A stretch of 62,902 nucleotides of DNA, filler included, from Octopus bimaculoides (taxonomy: Eukaryota), in the NCBI RefSeq assembly GCF_001194135.2. It is 4 parts of 4 records of this genome, joined end to end, with 100 filler letters (N's around TTAATTAATTAA, not from the genome) between each part and the next. Parts side by side here need not be neighbours in the genome. Positions count along the whole stretch, not along the records: positions 50,204 to 62,902 come from NC_069003.1; 3 more parts are not named here. One strand, 5' to 3'. Positions 51,003 to 62,902 of this stretch are shown here, piece by piece (position 1 is the stretch's first letter; every line of letters starts with the position of its first letter). A model generated the notes under the pieces. The model was given only the letters and a program-made list of their open reading frames with translations, ran no database searches and had not been told where the DNA came from. The position numbers and the translations under genes are program-made.

Positions 51003-51950
51003 TGGGACAAGAACGCAAAACATCCAGACAGGTGATGCAAGGGACAACAAAACATCCAGATAGACGATACAAAGAAAGCAAGGACGGGTCATTCGGAGTT
51101 TTCTTTCCTCAGTCGAGTTCCAAATTATCTTTGCAATTTCGGCTGGTTATACTCGAGATTGCTCCAATCTGGCCAGCCCCAAGGAAAAACTAAGCTANNN
51201 NNNNNNNNNNNNNNNNNNNNNNNNNNNNNNNNNNNNNNNNNNNNNNNNNNNNNNNNNNNNNNNNNNNNNNNNNNNNNNNNNNNNNNNNNNNNNNNNNNNN
51301 NNNNNNNNNNNNNNNNNNNNNNNNNNNNNNNNNNNNNNNNNNNNNNNNNNNNNNNNNNNNNNNNNNNNNNNNNNNNNNNNNNNNNNNNNNNNNNNNNNNN
51401 NNNNNNNNNNNNNNNNNNNNNNNNNNNNNNNNNNNNNNNNNNNNNNNNNNNNNNNNNNNNNNNNNNNNNNNNNNNNNNNNNNNNNNNNNNNNNNNNNNNN
51501 NNNNNNNNNNNNNNNNNNNNNNNNNNNNNNNNNNNNNNNNNNNNNNNNNNNNNNNNNNNNNNNNNNNNNNNNNNNNNNNNNNNNNNNNNNNNNNNNNNNN
51601 NNNNNNNNNNNNNNNNNNNNNNNNNNNNNNNNNNNNNNNNNNNNNNNNNNNNNNNNNNNNNNNNNNNNNNNNNNNNNNNNNNNNNNNNNNNNNNNNNNNN
51701 NNNNNNNNNNNNNNNNNNNNNNNNNNNNNNNNNNNNNNNNNNNNNNNNNNNNNNNNNNNNNNNNNNNNNNNNNNNNNNNNNNNNNNNNNNNNNNNNNNNN
51801 NNNNNNNNNNNNNNNNNNNNNNNNNNNNNNNNNNNNNNNNNNNNNNNNNNNNNNNNCCAGACAGTTAGGTGATACAAGAAAGGAACAACAAAACATCCAG
51901 ATAGACGATATAAAGAAAACAAGGTAGGGTCATTCGGAGTTTTCTTTCCT
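51003..51950. repeat. Direct repeat of about 90 bp on both sides of a gap (unclassified repeat)
   Basis: ccagacag...aacaaaacatccagatagacgata...gggtcattcggagttttctttcctc at about 51017-51111 and 51858-51950. Confidence 0.75.
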
Positions 51951-52339
51951 CATATATATATATGTATATATATGCATATGCGTGGAGGTATGGGTGTAGG
52001 GGGTTTCCTTTTGTTACATCATGTGACAGCCGTAAACGAGCATCACTGTCGTAGAAAAGGTTAGATGGGAAATATTTCGTCGGGTGAAGGACAAGTGAAC
52101 GTTGGCGACTGGAAGGGCATCCAACTATAGAAAATCTGCTTCAACGAATACTGAATGACCCGTGCAAGCGAGGTAAAGCGGGCATTAAAATGATGATGAT
52201 GATGCCGACGACGATGACGATGATGATGATGATGATGATGACATACATACATACGTACGTACATACATGCCAGAAAGTCTCTTAAATCAAAAAGTCTTGT
52301 CGCTTTGTTAGCGGCCAGCTAACAAAAAATTAATCAAAG

Positions 52340-53440
52340 CTCAATGGAAAATCATAGACATTACAAGATCTTAATGAGATCGATGTTCGAATTCGCAAAG
52401 TGTTCAGTATTACAGGAAGCTTCTACATTGGTGAAGATATAGACAGGCTATACTTCGCACTCAAGGATAGTGGCCGTGCTCTCAAATCAGTATTGACGAA
52501 GCACGTACTGTGACACTGAAACATCTGTAGCAAAGGAAAGCGGCCTGTAATTATCTGGCCTAAGTTTGTGACTATGAAATCAATAACATAATTAGAATAG
52601 CTAATTGACTTGAGGAGAGATATGAAATAAGAGCTGATACAGATCTCTCCCCAAGGAGCATTGGTAAAATTTATTTATCAGAACAAAATTAAGAAAACAG
52701 ACCAGTTCACTGAGAAGATAGTACCTGAGTACTTGGTACGAAAAACACAAACCATAGAAGGGATTGCTTACGTGAAAAGTTTGTCGGTATCTATGCCAAA
52801 AGTTTTGCATAGGTACCGACAAATTCATGACATCCCACTTTGAAGGCTACCTCCTTGCAATTCAAAAACAATAGACCCCCACTAAGTACCTACAACATAA
52901 AGGGCAGAAAACATCGACAGACAAAAAATGTGCAAGACCAAGATTGAAGATATTAACCACATTATTGCCAACAGCGAAAGAATATCTTCCAGGCATTACC
53001 TTTCTGTGAGGCATGGTGCAGTGATAGCAAAAAAGAAAACAGCTACAGACGAGGTTGAGTGCACCAAGACCGATGATGTCAAAAGAGTATGAGTGGAATT
53101 TGAAAATTAAAACAGCAACCAAGTTAAAACACAAGGGACTAGAGTGTGTTGTGTGGGGCCACAAAGAAAAGATATGATTTGTTGTGGAAATCAGCTGCCC
53201 TTTGGACACCAATGTGGTTAGAAAAATACAAGAGAAAGAGGACATCTGTTGAACATAAGTATGGGTGAACTTGGGTTCTTGGGGTGTAAAAGCAAATCCT
53301 TAATTCGTACACTACAAGTGATCACGATATCTGAGACCATAAAAATCTGCAAGACCTTCTTAATGATTTAAAGGATAATGAACAAAACAAGACGCTTTCC
53401 TTCACAGCCTTACTACAAGGCTGGTGGCCGGTCAAAATTT
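52340..53440 (+). mobile_element. Degenerate R4/Dong-clade LINE, RT C-terminus through endonuclease
   Basis: EIDVRIRKVFSITGSF...DIDRLYF...SGRALKS; zinc-knuckle-like CKTKIEDINHII...YLSVRH; endonuclease-like VVEISCPLDTNVVRKIQEKE; many stops and frameshifts. Confidence 0.75.
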
Positions 53441-53886
53441 ATTCTAAATTTGAAGAGAAAGAGCACACACACACACACACACACACACACAAGGCTAATT
53501 TAGCTATTTCTCCACAGATTGATAAAGCGATGAACCACTTTAATCGATTTTCGAATCTTTTTCGATTCTCATCAGCGGTGTCTACATCAATTTGACTAAT
53601 CCCAGAGAAACAAGCAGACAATCTGTTTATATACTCAACAATTACAGAAGCTACAGAAAACTAAATACATATATGCATATACAGATACATGCACACATTT
53701 ATGTGAGTGCATGCATGTGTGTGTGAGTGTGTAATATGTTGTAAATATATATATGTCATAAATAATTAAGTTTAAAGCACTGAAACTTTCTCTTAATCAT
53801 AGGCTCTGACAAAACAGCAGATATTATAAACAACATCCTTCTTAGAATCACTACACAAACCTTATGAATTATACAAAAAGCTCTAT

Positions 53887-54095
53887 AGGCGGCGAGCTGG
53901 TTGAATCGTTAACACACCGGGCAAAATGCTTAACGGCATTTCTTCCGCTTCACGTTCTGAGTTCAAATTTCGGCGAGGTTGACTTTACCTTTTTATCCTT
54001 TCAGGGTCGATGAAATAAGTACCAGTTGAATACTGAGGTTAATCTAATTGACTATCCCCCTCCCCCAAATTTGGCCTTGTGTCTATAGTAGAACG
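53887..54095 (+). mobile_element. SINE family B copy with head
   Basis: aggcggcgagctggttgaatcgttaac... through ...tagtagaacgatt. Confidence 0.85.
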
Positions 54096-54489
54096 ATTTA
54101 TTATGAAATCACATTTGCAGAAATAAACACAAACTCTACAATCTGCAGATTATATCATAACTTGCACCACACATGCACCGACACCATTTCATTAATCCTT
54201 TGGAGTGTCTGAGTAATTTAGAATAAAAATAATCGAAACAAGATTTTCTTCTTAAAAGCTTTAGCCAACACACAAACATACTCTCATGACTGCGTTAACA
54301 GAAACCTATTTCTTAGCAGAAGTGCAAGACACTGAAGTCCGTATATCAGACTTCACAGCGTATAGAACTGGCTGTCGATCTTGACAGAGCAAAATCTTGC
54401 TTCTAGAATGCGCTTTTGGTAATTCCTCCACACACACACTATGTAAATCATTGATCGTCCACATGACACATAGGAACAAGAAGAACGAC

Positions 54490-55130
54490 TGGTACTCCGT
54501 CGGTTACGACGAGTGTTCCATGTGTTACAGTTGATAGGATTAACGGAACAGCCTGTTCGTGAAATTAACGTGCAAGTGGTTGAGTACTCCACAGACACGT
54601 CTGCCCTTAACGTAGTTCTCAGCGGGATTCAGCATGACACAGAATGTGACAAGGTTGCTCATTTTTGCCAGCCAAGTGGACTGGAGCAACGAGAAATAAA
54701 GTGTCTTGTTGAAGGATACAACGCTCCACTGGGAACCGAACTCACGATCTTGCGATCGTGAGCCGAGAGCCCTAACCACTAAGCCACGCGCCTTCGCACA
54801 AGAACAAACTATATAGCATCTATCGAACTCCATTCACTGTCCGTTATCGTAACTATTTTGAAGACAAGGGGGCGCGTGACCTAGTGGTTGGAGTGTTGCA
54901 TCCACGTGTTGCGATTGTAGGTTCGATTCCTGGACCAGGTGGAGCGTTGTATTCCTGAGCAAAACACTCGTTTCACGTTTCGGCACCTGACCACACGTAC
55001 ACCGTTCACCTGTACAGACAATACCGATTTGATTGAAGAAGCCGGCTAATGTGCAGCACAAGCATTTAATCACTATAAACACATCTTCTGCGTAGGTTGT
55101 TCCGCAAGAAATTGCAGAACCGTCTTAGCT
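54490..55130. mobile_element. SINE C 3' fragment (-), SINE D (-, about 54655-54800) and SINE D-like (+, about 54868-55130)
   Basis: tRNA-like heads (tagtggtt...gttcgattcc) followed by CORE-like ttgt.tcc.tgagcaa.acact block. Confidence 0.75.
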
Positions 55131-55540
55131 CGGCTTTGCTAAAACTGCTATTAATTAATTAATTTTAAAGACTCTTTGGCAAATATACAAAAGGAACTGG
55201 AAGAAGCTCTGACTTTCACATCACTCTCCTGAAAGATCTGACGTTAAGGATATAATAAACACGGGACTTCACTTCTAAATAGAACGGAAATTTTCCCACT
55301 AGTTAACGTCATCAAAACCTCAAGAAGGCTGGCTTTCGACCCATGTACCACGTACTGACGTAAGCTACGCATTTGAATTAAAACCCAGAAAACTGTGACA
55401 GCGAAGTACTTCTTAACCACATAGCTATGTCTGACAAAAGAATCATAAAAGGTACACACAATCGTTTACAGTTGTTTTGTGATGTAGCGTTAGTTTTGGT
55501 CACATATTGAGGTAGCCAAAGTGCTAGCTCTCATCCCAGT

Positions 55541-55928
55541 GGAGGCGCAATGGCCCAGTGGTTAGGGCAGCGGACTCGCGGTTATAGGATCGCGGTTTCG
55601 ATTCCCAGACCGGGCGTTGTGAGTGTTTATTGAGCGAAAGCACCTAAAGCTCCACAAGGCTCTGGCAGGGGATGGTGGCGAATCCTGCTGTACTCTTTCA
55701 CCACAACTTTCTCTCACTCTTACTTCCTGTTTCTATTGTGCCTGTAATTCAAAGGGTCAGCCTTGTCACACTGTGTCACGCTGAATATACCCGAGAATTA
55801 TGTTAATGGTACACGTGTCTGTGGAGTGCTCAGCCACTTGCACGTTAATTTCACGAGCAGGTTGTTCCGTTGATCGGATCAACTGGAACCCTCGACGTCG
55901 TAAGCGACGGAGTGCCAACAACAACAAC
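55541..55928 (+). mobile_element. Young full-length SINE family C with 12-bp target-site duplication
   Basis: A box tggcccagtgg, B box ggtttcgattcc, (AAC)n tail; agctctcatccc at 55526-55537 and 55929-55940. Confidence 0.92.
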
Positions 55929-56088
55929 AGCTCTCATCCCTAAATCTAATATGGTTTCGCCTACATCAAACATGCGTGTATGATAAAGAGGTCACCTATG
56001 CTTTTCGCACAGCCCGAAGACCAGCACGCTAGGGTTACTGAGGCACTTTAGCGCTCATGATACATCTGCGCAAGCATACAGAGCGAGC

Positions 56089-56127
<39 letters not shown>

Positions 56128-56135
<8 letters not shown>

Positions 56136-56650
56136 GCGTACGGTTGGCTGGGTGTTTAAGAAGTTCTCTTTACAACCAAATGGTTTCAGGTTCAATCCTT
56201 ATGCAGACCAGAACGACACTAGTTTCTTCTGTTATCGCTCTGTTTCGGTTAATGCCTTGTGAGTGAATTTGGTTGAGAGAAACTATGCAGAAGCGCGTCA
56301 TATGTGTGTATGTACGTTTGTACATACATACATGTATGTGTATATGTTTGTGCGAATGCCTGAACGTATGTATGACTGTCAAAGCAAGAGAAAAATGGAT
56401 CAAAGGTCCTTTTCGGGTCATAATCTCATAAGGCTCATTTCCCTGATCGTGTGGCTTTTATTTGTATCCCTCACCTGGACGGGACACCAGTCCATCGCAA
56501 GATTACTCGTTTTTGTCAGCTGAGTGAACTGGAGCAACGAAAAATTAAGTGTCATGCTCAAGGATACAACACAACGCAGCGCCCGATCCAGGAATCGAAA
56601 CTACGGTCTTACGATCACGAGTGCAACAGCCCTAACTACTAGCCACGTGT
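56128..56650. mobile_element. SINE A 5' half (+, about 56128-56335) and SINE D (-, about 56500-56650)
   Basis: Diverged family blocks. Confidence 0.7.
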
Positions 56651-56669
56651 TTCTTCATGTATGAATGTG

Positions 56670-56715
<46 letters not shown>

Positions 56716-57152
56716 NNNNNNNNNNNNNNNNNNNNNNNNNNNNNNNNNNNNNNNNNNNNNNNNNNNNNNNNNNNNNNNNNNNNNNNNNNNNNNNNNNNNN
56801 NNNNNNNNNNNNNNNNNNNNNNNNNNNNNNNNNNNNNNNNNNNNNNNNNNNNNNNNNNNNNNNNNNNNNNNNNNNNNNNNNNNNNNNNNNNNNNNNNNNN
56901 NNNNNNNNNNNNNNNNNNNNNNNNNNNNNNNNNNNNNNNNNNNNNNNNNNNNNNNNNNNNNNNNNNNNNNNNNNNNNNNNNNNNNNNNNNNNNNNNNNNN
57001 NNNNNNNNNNNNNNNNNNNNNNNNNNNNNNNNNNNNNNNNNNNNNNNNNNNNNNNNNNNNNNNNNNNNNNNNNNNNNNNNNNNNNNNNNNNNNNNNNNNN
57101 NNNNNNNNNNNNNNNNATATATATATATATATATATATATACATACATATAT

Positions 57153-57320
57153 ACGACGGGCTGCTTTCTGTTTCCGTCTACCAAATCCACTCACAAGGCT
57201 TTGGTCGGCCCGAGGCTATAGTAGAAGACACTTTCCCAAGGTGCCACGCAGTGGAACTGAACAGGGAGCCATGTGGTTGGTAGGCAAGCTACTTACCACA
57301 CAGCCACTCTTACGCCTATA
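57153..57320 (-). mobile_element. SINE family A 5' half
   Basis: Close to consensus; the internal (TA)n runs into a gap. Confidence 0.9.
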
Positions 57321-57337
57321 TTAACTTTTTTATTTAT

Positions 57338-58212
57338 AGATTTTTAAAGACTTAACCGGTTTCACAGATTTCTCTGATTTTCAAAAGATGTTATTAAAAG
57401 ACGTCTTGTTGCTATTTGAAGTTCAAAAATTCACTTGTTTTCACATTAGTATCTGGTTTGGAGACGATTTGATTGGCCGAGAATGATCACATGATTAGAT
57501 TTAGAAATTTTTGAAATTTTGGCGCCGTAAATTAAAGCCGTCACGGTTGAATGAACATATCTAGACTGTCTGAATTAATTTTTCAAGTGTGGTAGAGACG
57601 ATCACGTGATTAGCCACAGAAACTTTTGTAGGTTCCCCACTACATCCATGCATTAACATCATGTGACTATACTTTTTTGCAGCGAAAATTAAGGCTGACA
57701 CGGTTGAGTAAACATGTCTTGTGACGTCCCAAACAATCAAAGCTCTCTAAATTTAATCTGTCAAGTGGTAGAGTCGACAGGAATTGTATCTATGTAGCCC
57801 AGTGGTTGAATGAATAGATAGTCTGCACCTATGTACGCAAGCATCAAATTTTATTCTCCTTTAAGTTGCGCGTTAGCGTCACACGGGGGAAAGTCGTTAC
57901 TGTAATCCAAAGTTTAGGTGTTAGCTGTGAAAATTCAACATGTCAAGCAGCAGAATGAGTTTGTGTGTGAATAGTTGTTGGTGAATGTAGTTTATTAAAG
58001 TTTATTCAGTCTTATATTTTATATTTTTTATGAATATATTTTCTTCGTTCATCTATGTTTGGTCTGTGGTATTGATAGAACAAAGGCAAAGTGGAAAGAC
58101 TTATAATTTTGGAACCTTATATTTTGCACATATGTTTATATGTCCACGTCTTTCTATCTCGACTTTTGAAAATCAGAGAAATCTTTGAAACCGGTAAAGT
58201 CTTTGCAAATCT
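57338..58212. mobile_element. Putative non-autonomous DNA transposon remnant with about 50-bp inverted repeats
   Basis: 57338-57387 matches the reverse complement of 58163-58212 with about 4 mismatches; the interior has an imperfect duplication. Confidence 0.65.
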
Positions 58213-58699
58213 AAAAATCTAAACGAATCCAACTGCATTTTGAACTTCTCTTTTCTATATTGCTACCCCTGTGGAATATAAAATAGCTTTATATATATAT
58301 NNNNNNNNNNNNNNNNNNNNNNNNNNNNNNNNNNNNNNNNNNNNNNNNNNNNNNNNNNNNNNNNNNNNNNNNNNNNNNNNNNNNNNNNNNNNNNNNNNNN
58401 NNNNNNNNNNNNNNNNNNNNNNNNNNNNNNNNNNNNNNNNNNNNNNNNNNNNNNNNNNNNNNNNNNNNNNNNNNNNNNNNNNNNNNNNNNNNNNNNNNNN
58501 NNNNNNNNNNNNNNNNNNNNNNNNNNNNNNNNNNNNNNNNNNNNNNNNNNNNNNNNNNNNNNNNNNNNNNNNNNNNNNNNNNNNNNNNNNNNNNNNNNNN
58601 NNNNNNNNNNNNNNNNNNNNNNNNNNNNNNNNNNNNNNNNNTTAAAAATCAAATTAAAAATTTCAAAATCGAAATCATTGCATTTCGCAATGAGATAAC

Positions 58700-58990
58700 T
58701 AGAAGGGGGTACCCGACTACCCTAGTAGAACTTTTATTTCCTAATGACCCCACATAGTTGGTGCTCGCACTCAGCTTGCACTCCACAGACTTCCATCTTT
58801 TCGCGAACATATCCCGTGACAGGCACTTCCTCTCCAGCCTGATCTTACTACTGAGGTGGTAACTAAAAAAGTTAACCAACCCCTGGCCGGAGACAAAGGT
58901 ACCTGTCACTATACCTTTCACACGCGTCTTCCATACTGTTTCTAAAAAAACAGGCCTTCCTTTCCCTGTTAAGGGAAGGAGGTGGTACAA
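58700..58990 (-). mobile_element. Tx1/L1-clade LINE ORF2 C-terminal fragment
   Basis: VWKTRVKG...FFSYHLSSKIRLERKCLSRDMFAKRW resembles the Tx1-type IWxxR...RxxxE...FxxRW ending. Confidence 0.65.
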
Positions 58991-59084
58991 TCTCAATGAT
59001 AGATTCCGCTGATAGCTGTACTCTTCCTATCACTGACAACAGTTGTTCTGCAAAGGCTATCAGTCCCGAATTGATATATAATTT

Positions 59085-59290
59085 GTGTCAACTCTTGGCA
59101 CAAGGCCAGCAATTTGGGGGAAATGGTAAATCGATTACATCGACCCCAGTGCTCAACTGGTATTTATTTTAGCGACTCCGAAAGACAAAGTCGGTCTCGG
59201 CGGAATTTGAACTTACAACATAAAGACGAACGAAATACCGCTAAGCATTTTTCTCGGCGTGCTAATGATTCTGCCTGCTCGCTGTCTTAG
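59085..59290 (-). mobile_element. SINE family B copy
   Basis: Family B blocks on the minus strand. Confidence 0.85.
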
Positions 59291-59441
59291 AAAATTGATA
59301 TATAATTGATATATATTCAATTTAGTAGAGGATAGATCGTGCGTGGTTCTAACGGAAAACGCTCGCGCATGAAACCCTACCACCACCACCACACATATAC
59401 ATGTTCACGTACATACTCACAGACACAGACAAACACTCACG

Positions 59442-59477
<36 letters not shown>

Positions 59478-59599
59478 AGTACATATACATACACAAAAAC
59501 ACATTTGCACATTTGCAAGCTTATACCCATGCGTGTTTGTGTATATGTATTATAAATATTACATGTTTGTCTGTGTATATATAGATATGTATGTGAGTG

Positions 59600-59646
<47 letters not shown>

Positions 59647-60315
59647 ATGTATGTATGTATGTATGTATGTATGTATGTATGTGCGTGTGTGTTCAGCCAT
59701 CTCTTGTTTCTCTGTATTCGTATTTACTGGAGAGACTCCGTTATGCTTTGATATTAACCACTGAATATTCATTGAAGCAGACGATAAAGAGTCAGCCATT
59801 GCTTCCCTTCTGTAGTCGCTTCACCTGTAACTGACTAAAAATCTGATAGCATATCACACGTAAACAAGTGTATCTATTAAAAGCGAATGATTAGCAGATT
59901 TTCGGAAAAGTGTAATCATTATACATACGTTGTAATTTTTGCGTATTATACGTTATTTCTGTAGGAGAGTGATCATATTTAATAACCTACGAGGAATATT
60001 AAATTTTGTAGGTTGATGAAGATTCTAAGACAAGAAATCACCAGAATATGCGTATTACACTGTATCTCAAATTGCAGAGTCTTTATGGGCCGCATTGTTC
60101 ATATACACGTCGTGAGATCCGCGTATTTTTAAACACGCGTTTACAACAAAGATTTCAGCCATATCAGTTTTTTTGTTAATAAGTAGGAAATCTTTCAAAA
60201 CATTTTGTTTGCTCATCAATAATCCTATTTTTAAAATTATATTATTTTTCATTATTTTTATGATTAAAATTTTTTTTAGATTCCTCATTTTCAAACCAGT
60301 AACAACGCCACTCAC

Positions 60316-60395
60316 CGTCTGCACTTGTGCTTGAAAAGAGTTGCATGCAGCCAACGAGAAACTGACCCGTCTTTTTAACGTTTTCTCAAGGATGG
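60316..60395 (-). other. Candidate exon ending at a strong donor
   Basis: ACG|GTGAGT donor at 60316; possible acceptor ccttctag| at 60395 giving the open frame ILEKTLKRRVSFSLAACNSFQAQVQT, or a first exon starting at Inr-like TCAGTT near 60363. Confidence 0.3.
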
Positions 60396-62039
60396 CTAGA
60401 AGGTTCGCGTATACATCATCATGTTCGGACGAATATGATGATGTATACGGTCATTCATATACACATATACACTCAGGTATATACATATACATAGAGTAAA
60501 GACTCTCTTAGGTCATGAAGGGCCATGTGATTGCACCTAGAAAGTTACCCTCTGAGGCACAAGTTCAGGCTGCGAAAAATTTTTCCTACGAGAGTTCCGG
60601 ACCCCAGTAATGCACTAATTTGCATACAGCCAATCAGAACTCACCTTGACCGTGTCAAGTTAACAAACACATTCTACCAAGTAAACTCAAGACTAAGAAC
60701 GGTGTTGTAAGTCAACCGATCGCCAAGTTATGCCTGATTTTAGGAAACAAGTAATTAGATAGATTTGCATCTACACCTATAATCAGATTTTGTTAGGGCC
60801 CCATATGGTAAAGATATGGATGGGAAAAATGTGGGTAGAGGGTGATGTGTTAGCAACCCTCTCCCCTTACTGCTTTACAAAGTAAACAACAACACAAATA
60901 ACTACGCAGAGGCAGCCATGGTTGAAACAAGAACAAGAACAAGNNNNNNNNNNNNNNNNNNNNNNNNNNNNNNNNNNNNNNNNNNNNNNNNNNNNNNNNN
61001 NNNNNNNNNNNNNNNNNNNNNNNNNNNNNNNNNNNNNNNNNNNNNNNNNNNNNNNNNNNNNNNNNNNNNNNNNNNNNNNNNNNNNNNNNNNNNNNNNNNN
61101 NNNNNNNNNNNNNNNNNNNNNNNNNNNNNNNNNNNNNNNNNNNNNNNNNNNNNNNNNNNNNNNNNNNNNNNNNNNNNNNNNNNNNNNNNNNNNNNNNNNN
61201 NNNNNNNNNNNNNNNNNNNNNNNNNNNNNNNNNNNNNNNNNNNNNNNNNNNNNNNNNNNNNNNNNNNNNNNNNNNNNNNNNNNNNNNNNNNNNNNNNNNN
61301 NNNNNNNNNNNNNNNNNNNNNNNNNNNNNNNNNNNNNNNNNNNNNNNNNNNNNNNNNNNNNNNNNNNNNNNNNNNNNNNNNNNNNNNNNNNNNNNNNNNN
61401 NNNNNNNNNNNNNNNNNNNNNNNNNNNNNNNNNNNNNNNNNNNNNNNNNNNNNNNNNNNNNNNNNNNNNNNNNNNNNNNNNNNNNNNNNNNNNNNNNNNN
61501 NNNNNNNNNNNNNNNNNNNNNNNNNNNNNNNNNNNNNNNNNNNNNNNNNNNNNNNNNNNNNNNNNNNNNNNNNNNNNNNNNNNNNNNNNNNNNNNNNNNN
61601 NNNNNNNNNNNNNNNNNNNNNNNNNNNNNNNNNNNNNNNNNNNNNNNNNNNNNNNNNNNNNNNNNNNNNNNNNNNNNNNNNNNNNNNNNNNNNNNNNNNN
61701 NNNNNNNNNNNNNNNNNNNNNNNNNNGTGTGTGTGTGTGTGTGTGAATAGTGTATGCGTTAATGATGCTTATATTAGCTGTCTAAAAGCTCTGGTTTTAC
61801 ATTGTAAACATAGACATAACGCGCGCGCACACGCACACAATTTACACCGGTTTTTACTTAAAATATATATTTTAAAACATGAGAATTTAATCTTATTTTA
61901 ATGTTTTAGTATTTACTATAATACAATTAATAGTTAATCCGAGTTACGATTACTTTCATCGCTTGTTTTTTTTTACAGTTAACTGGAATTGTATTTATTT
62001 ATTTATTTATTTATTTGTTTATTTATTTATTGCGCATGT

Positions 62040-62222
62040 GTAGGCGCAGGCATTGGCTGTGGGGGTTGTTAAGTAGGTAAGAAGCTTGCTTTGTAACTAC
62101 GTTGTTTCAGGTTCAGTCCCACTGCACGGCACCTTGGTCAAGTGTCTTCTACTATAGTCCAGGGTTGACGAATGCCCTCTAAGTGGATTTGGTAGACGGG
62201 GACTTTGTGGAAGCCCATCGTA
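62040..62222 (+). mobile_element. SINE family A 5' half
   Basis: Family head and CORE-like block; ends at a TA tract where a Tc1 element begins. Confidence 0.85.
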
Positions 62223-62226
62223 TATA

Positions 62227-62902
62227 CAAGGGTTGGACAAAATAATGGAAACGTCTTAAAATTCCAAACAAATTTATTATAATATGGGGTAGGACCGCCT
62301 TTGGTAGTAATTACAGCTTGAATTCTACAAAGTATAGACTCGTACAAAGTTTGAATTGTTTCCAAAAGAATTTTTGACCATTCTTCAGCTAAAACAGTCT
62401 CCAGATCTTGTAGAGATGATGGTAGAGGATATCGGCCCCTTACTTAATTTTCTAAAATGCACCATAAATGGTCGATAATATTGAGATCTGGAGATTGTGG
62501 TGGCGAGATAAGATGTTCAATTTCACTAGAATGTCCCTCGTGCCATTCAGTAACATTATCATCCTGAAAGATTGCGTTTTCCTCCGGAAACAGTTCCGCA
62601 ACCATAGGATGAATTTGATAAGATAAAATGCTTAAATAGTCTTGACTATTAATTCTGCTATGAAGGGAAACCATTGGGCCGGCGGATTTCCAAGATATAA
62701 CCCCTCTCCGATCATCATAGATACTCCTCCATGTTTAACAGTTGGAAGAAGGCAGTCTGGGTCAGATGATTCTTTTGGCTGTCTCCACATGTATACTCGG
62801 CTGGTGGTCGGAAATAAGGTAAAGGATGAATCATCCGAGAAAATAACATTCTTCCACAGCTCTATGGACCAATTCTGTAGGTTTTTACTCCACTCTAAAC
62901 GC
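62227..62902 (-). mobile_element. Tc1-family transposon 3' portion (runs off the window), degenerate transposase
   Basis: TIR caagggttggacaaaataatggaaac after TA; minus-strand VIFSDDSSF, FQDDN (followed by a deletion) and PPQSPDLNIIDHLW match Tc1 DDE motifs. Confidence 0.9.

Noticed and set aside
51003-51950. LTR pair flanking the gap
   Set aside because: No TG...CA ends, PBS or PPT seen; duplicated sequence on both sides of a gap is commonly an assembly overlap or tandem copy.
55541-55615. tRNA gene (also at 32075-32148 and the SINE A, B, D heads)
   Set aside because: A and B boxes are present but continue into SINE bodies with tails and TSDs; no complete cloverleaf.
60067-60354. 95-aa minus-strand ORF as a complete gene
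   Set aside because: Starts at TTG and most of it is AT-rich intron-like sequence downstream of a strong donor.

Overview
AT-rich animal genomic DNA from a gapped draft assembly. The SINE families, microsatellite density and element mix look like an octopus (coleoid cephalopod) genome; this is pattern recognition, not a database result. No complete host protein-coding gene, true tRNA/rRNA or CRISPR array is visible. Most ORFs in the track are microsatellite or N-gap artefacts. Repeat content: several tRNA-derived SINE families (labelled A-E here), a near full-length dead mariner (38480-39729), a mariner made of two 5' ends (14241-15060), a Tc1 fragment, piggyBac-like MITEs, fragments of CR1, Tx1/L1, RTE and R4/Dong LINEs, and a ~1 kb foldback element with converging TTAGGG/CCCTAA repeats at its centre (29488-30489). 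The best host-gene signal is a minus-strand TATA/Inr promoter with a non-coding first exon (about 19977-19620) and a possible first coding exon at 12691-12424. Several weaker exon candidates exist. I did not find a convincingly novel multi-gene system. The most interesting signals are foldback structures, microsatellite-targeted retroelement clusters and the unidentified candidate gene.
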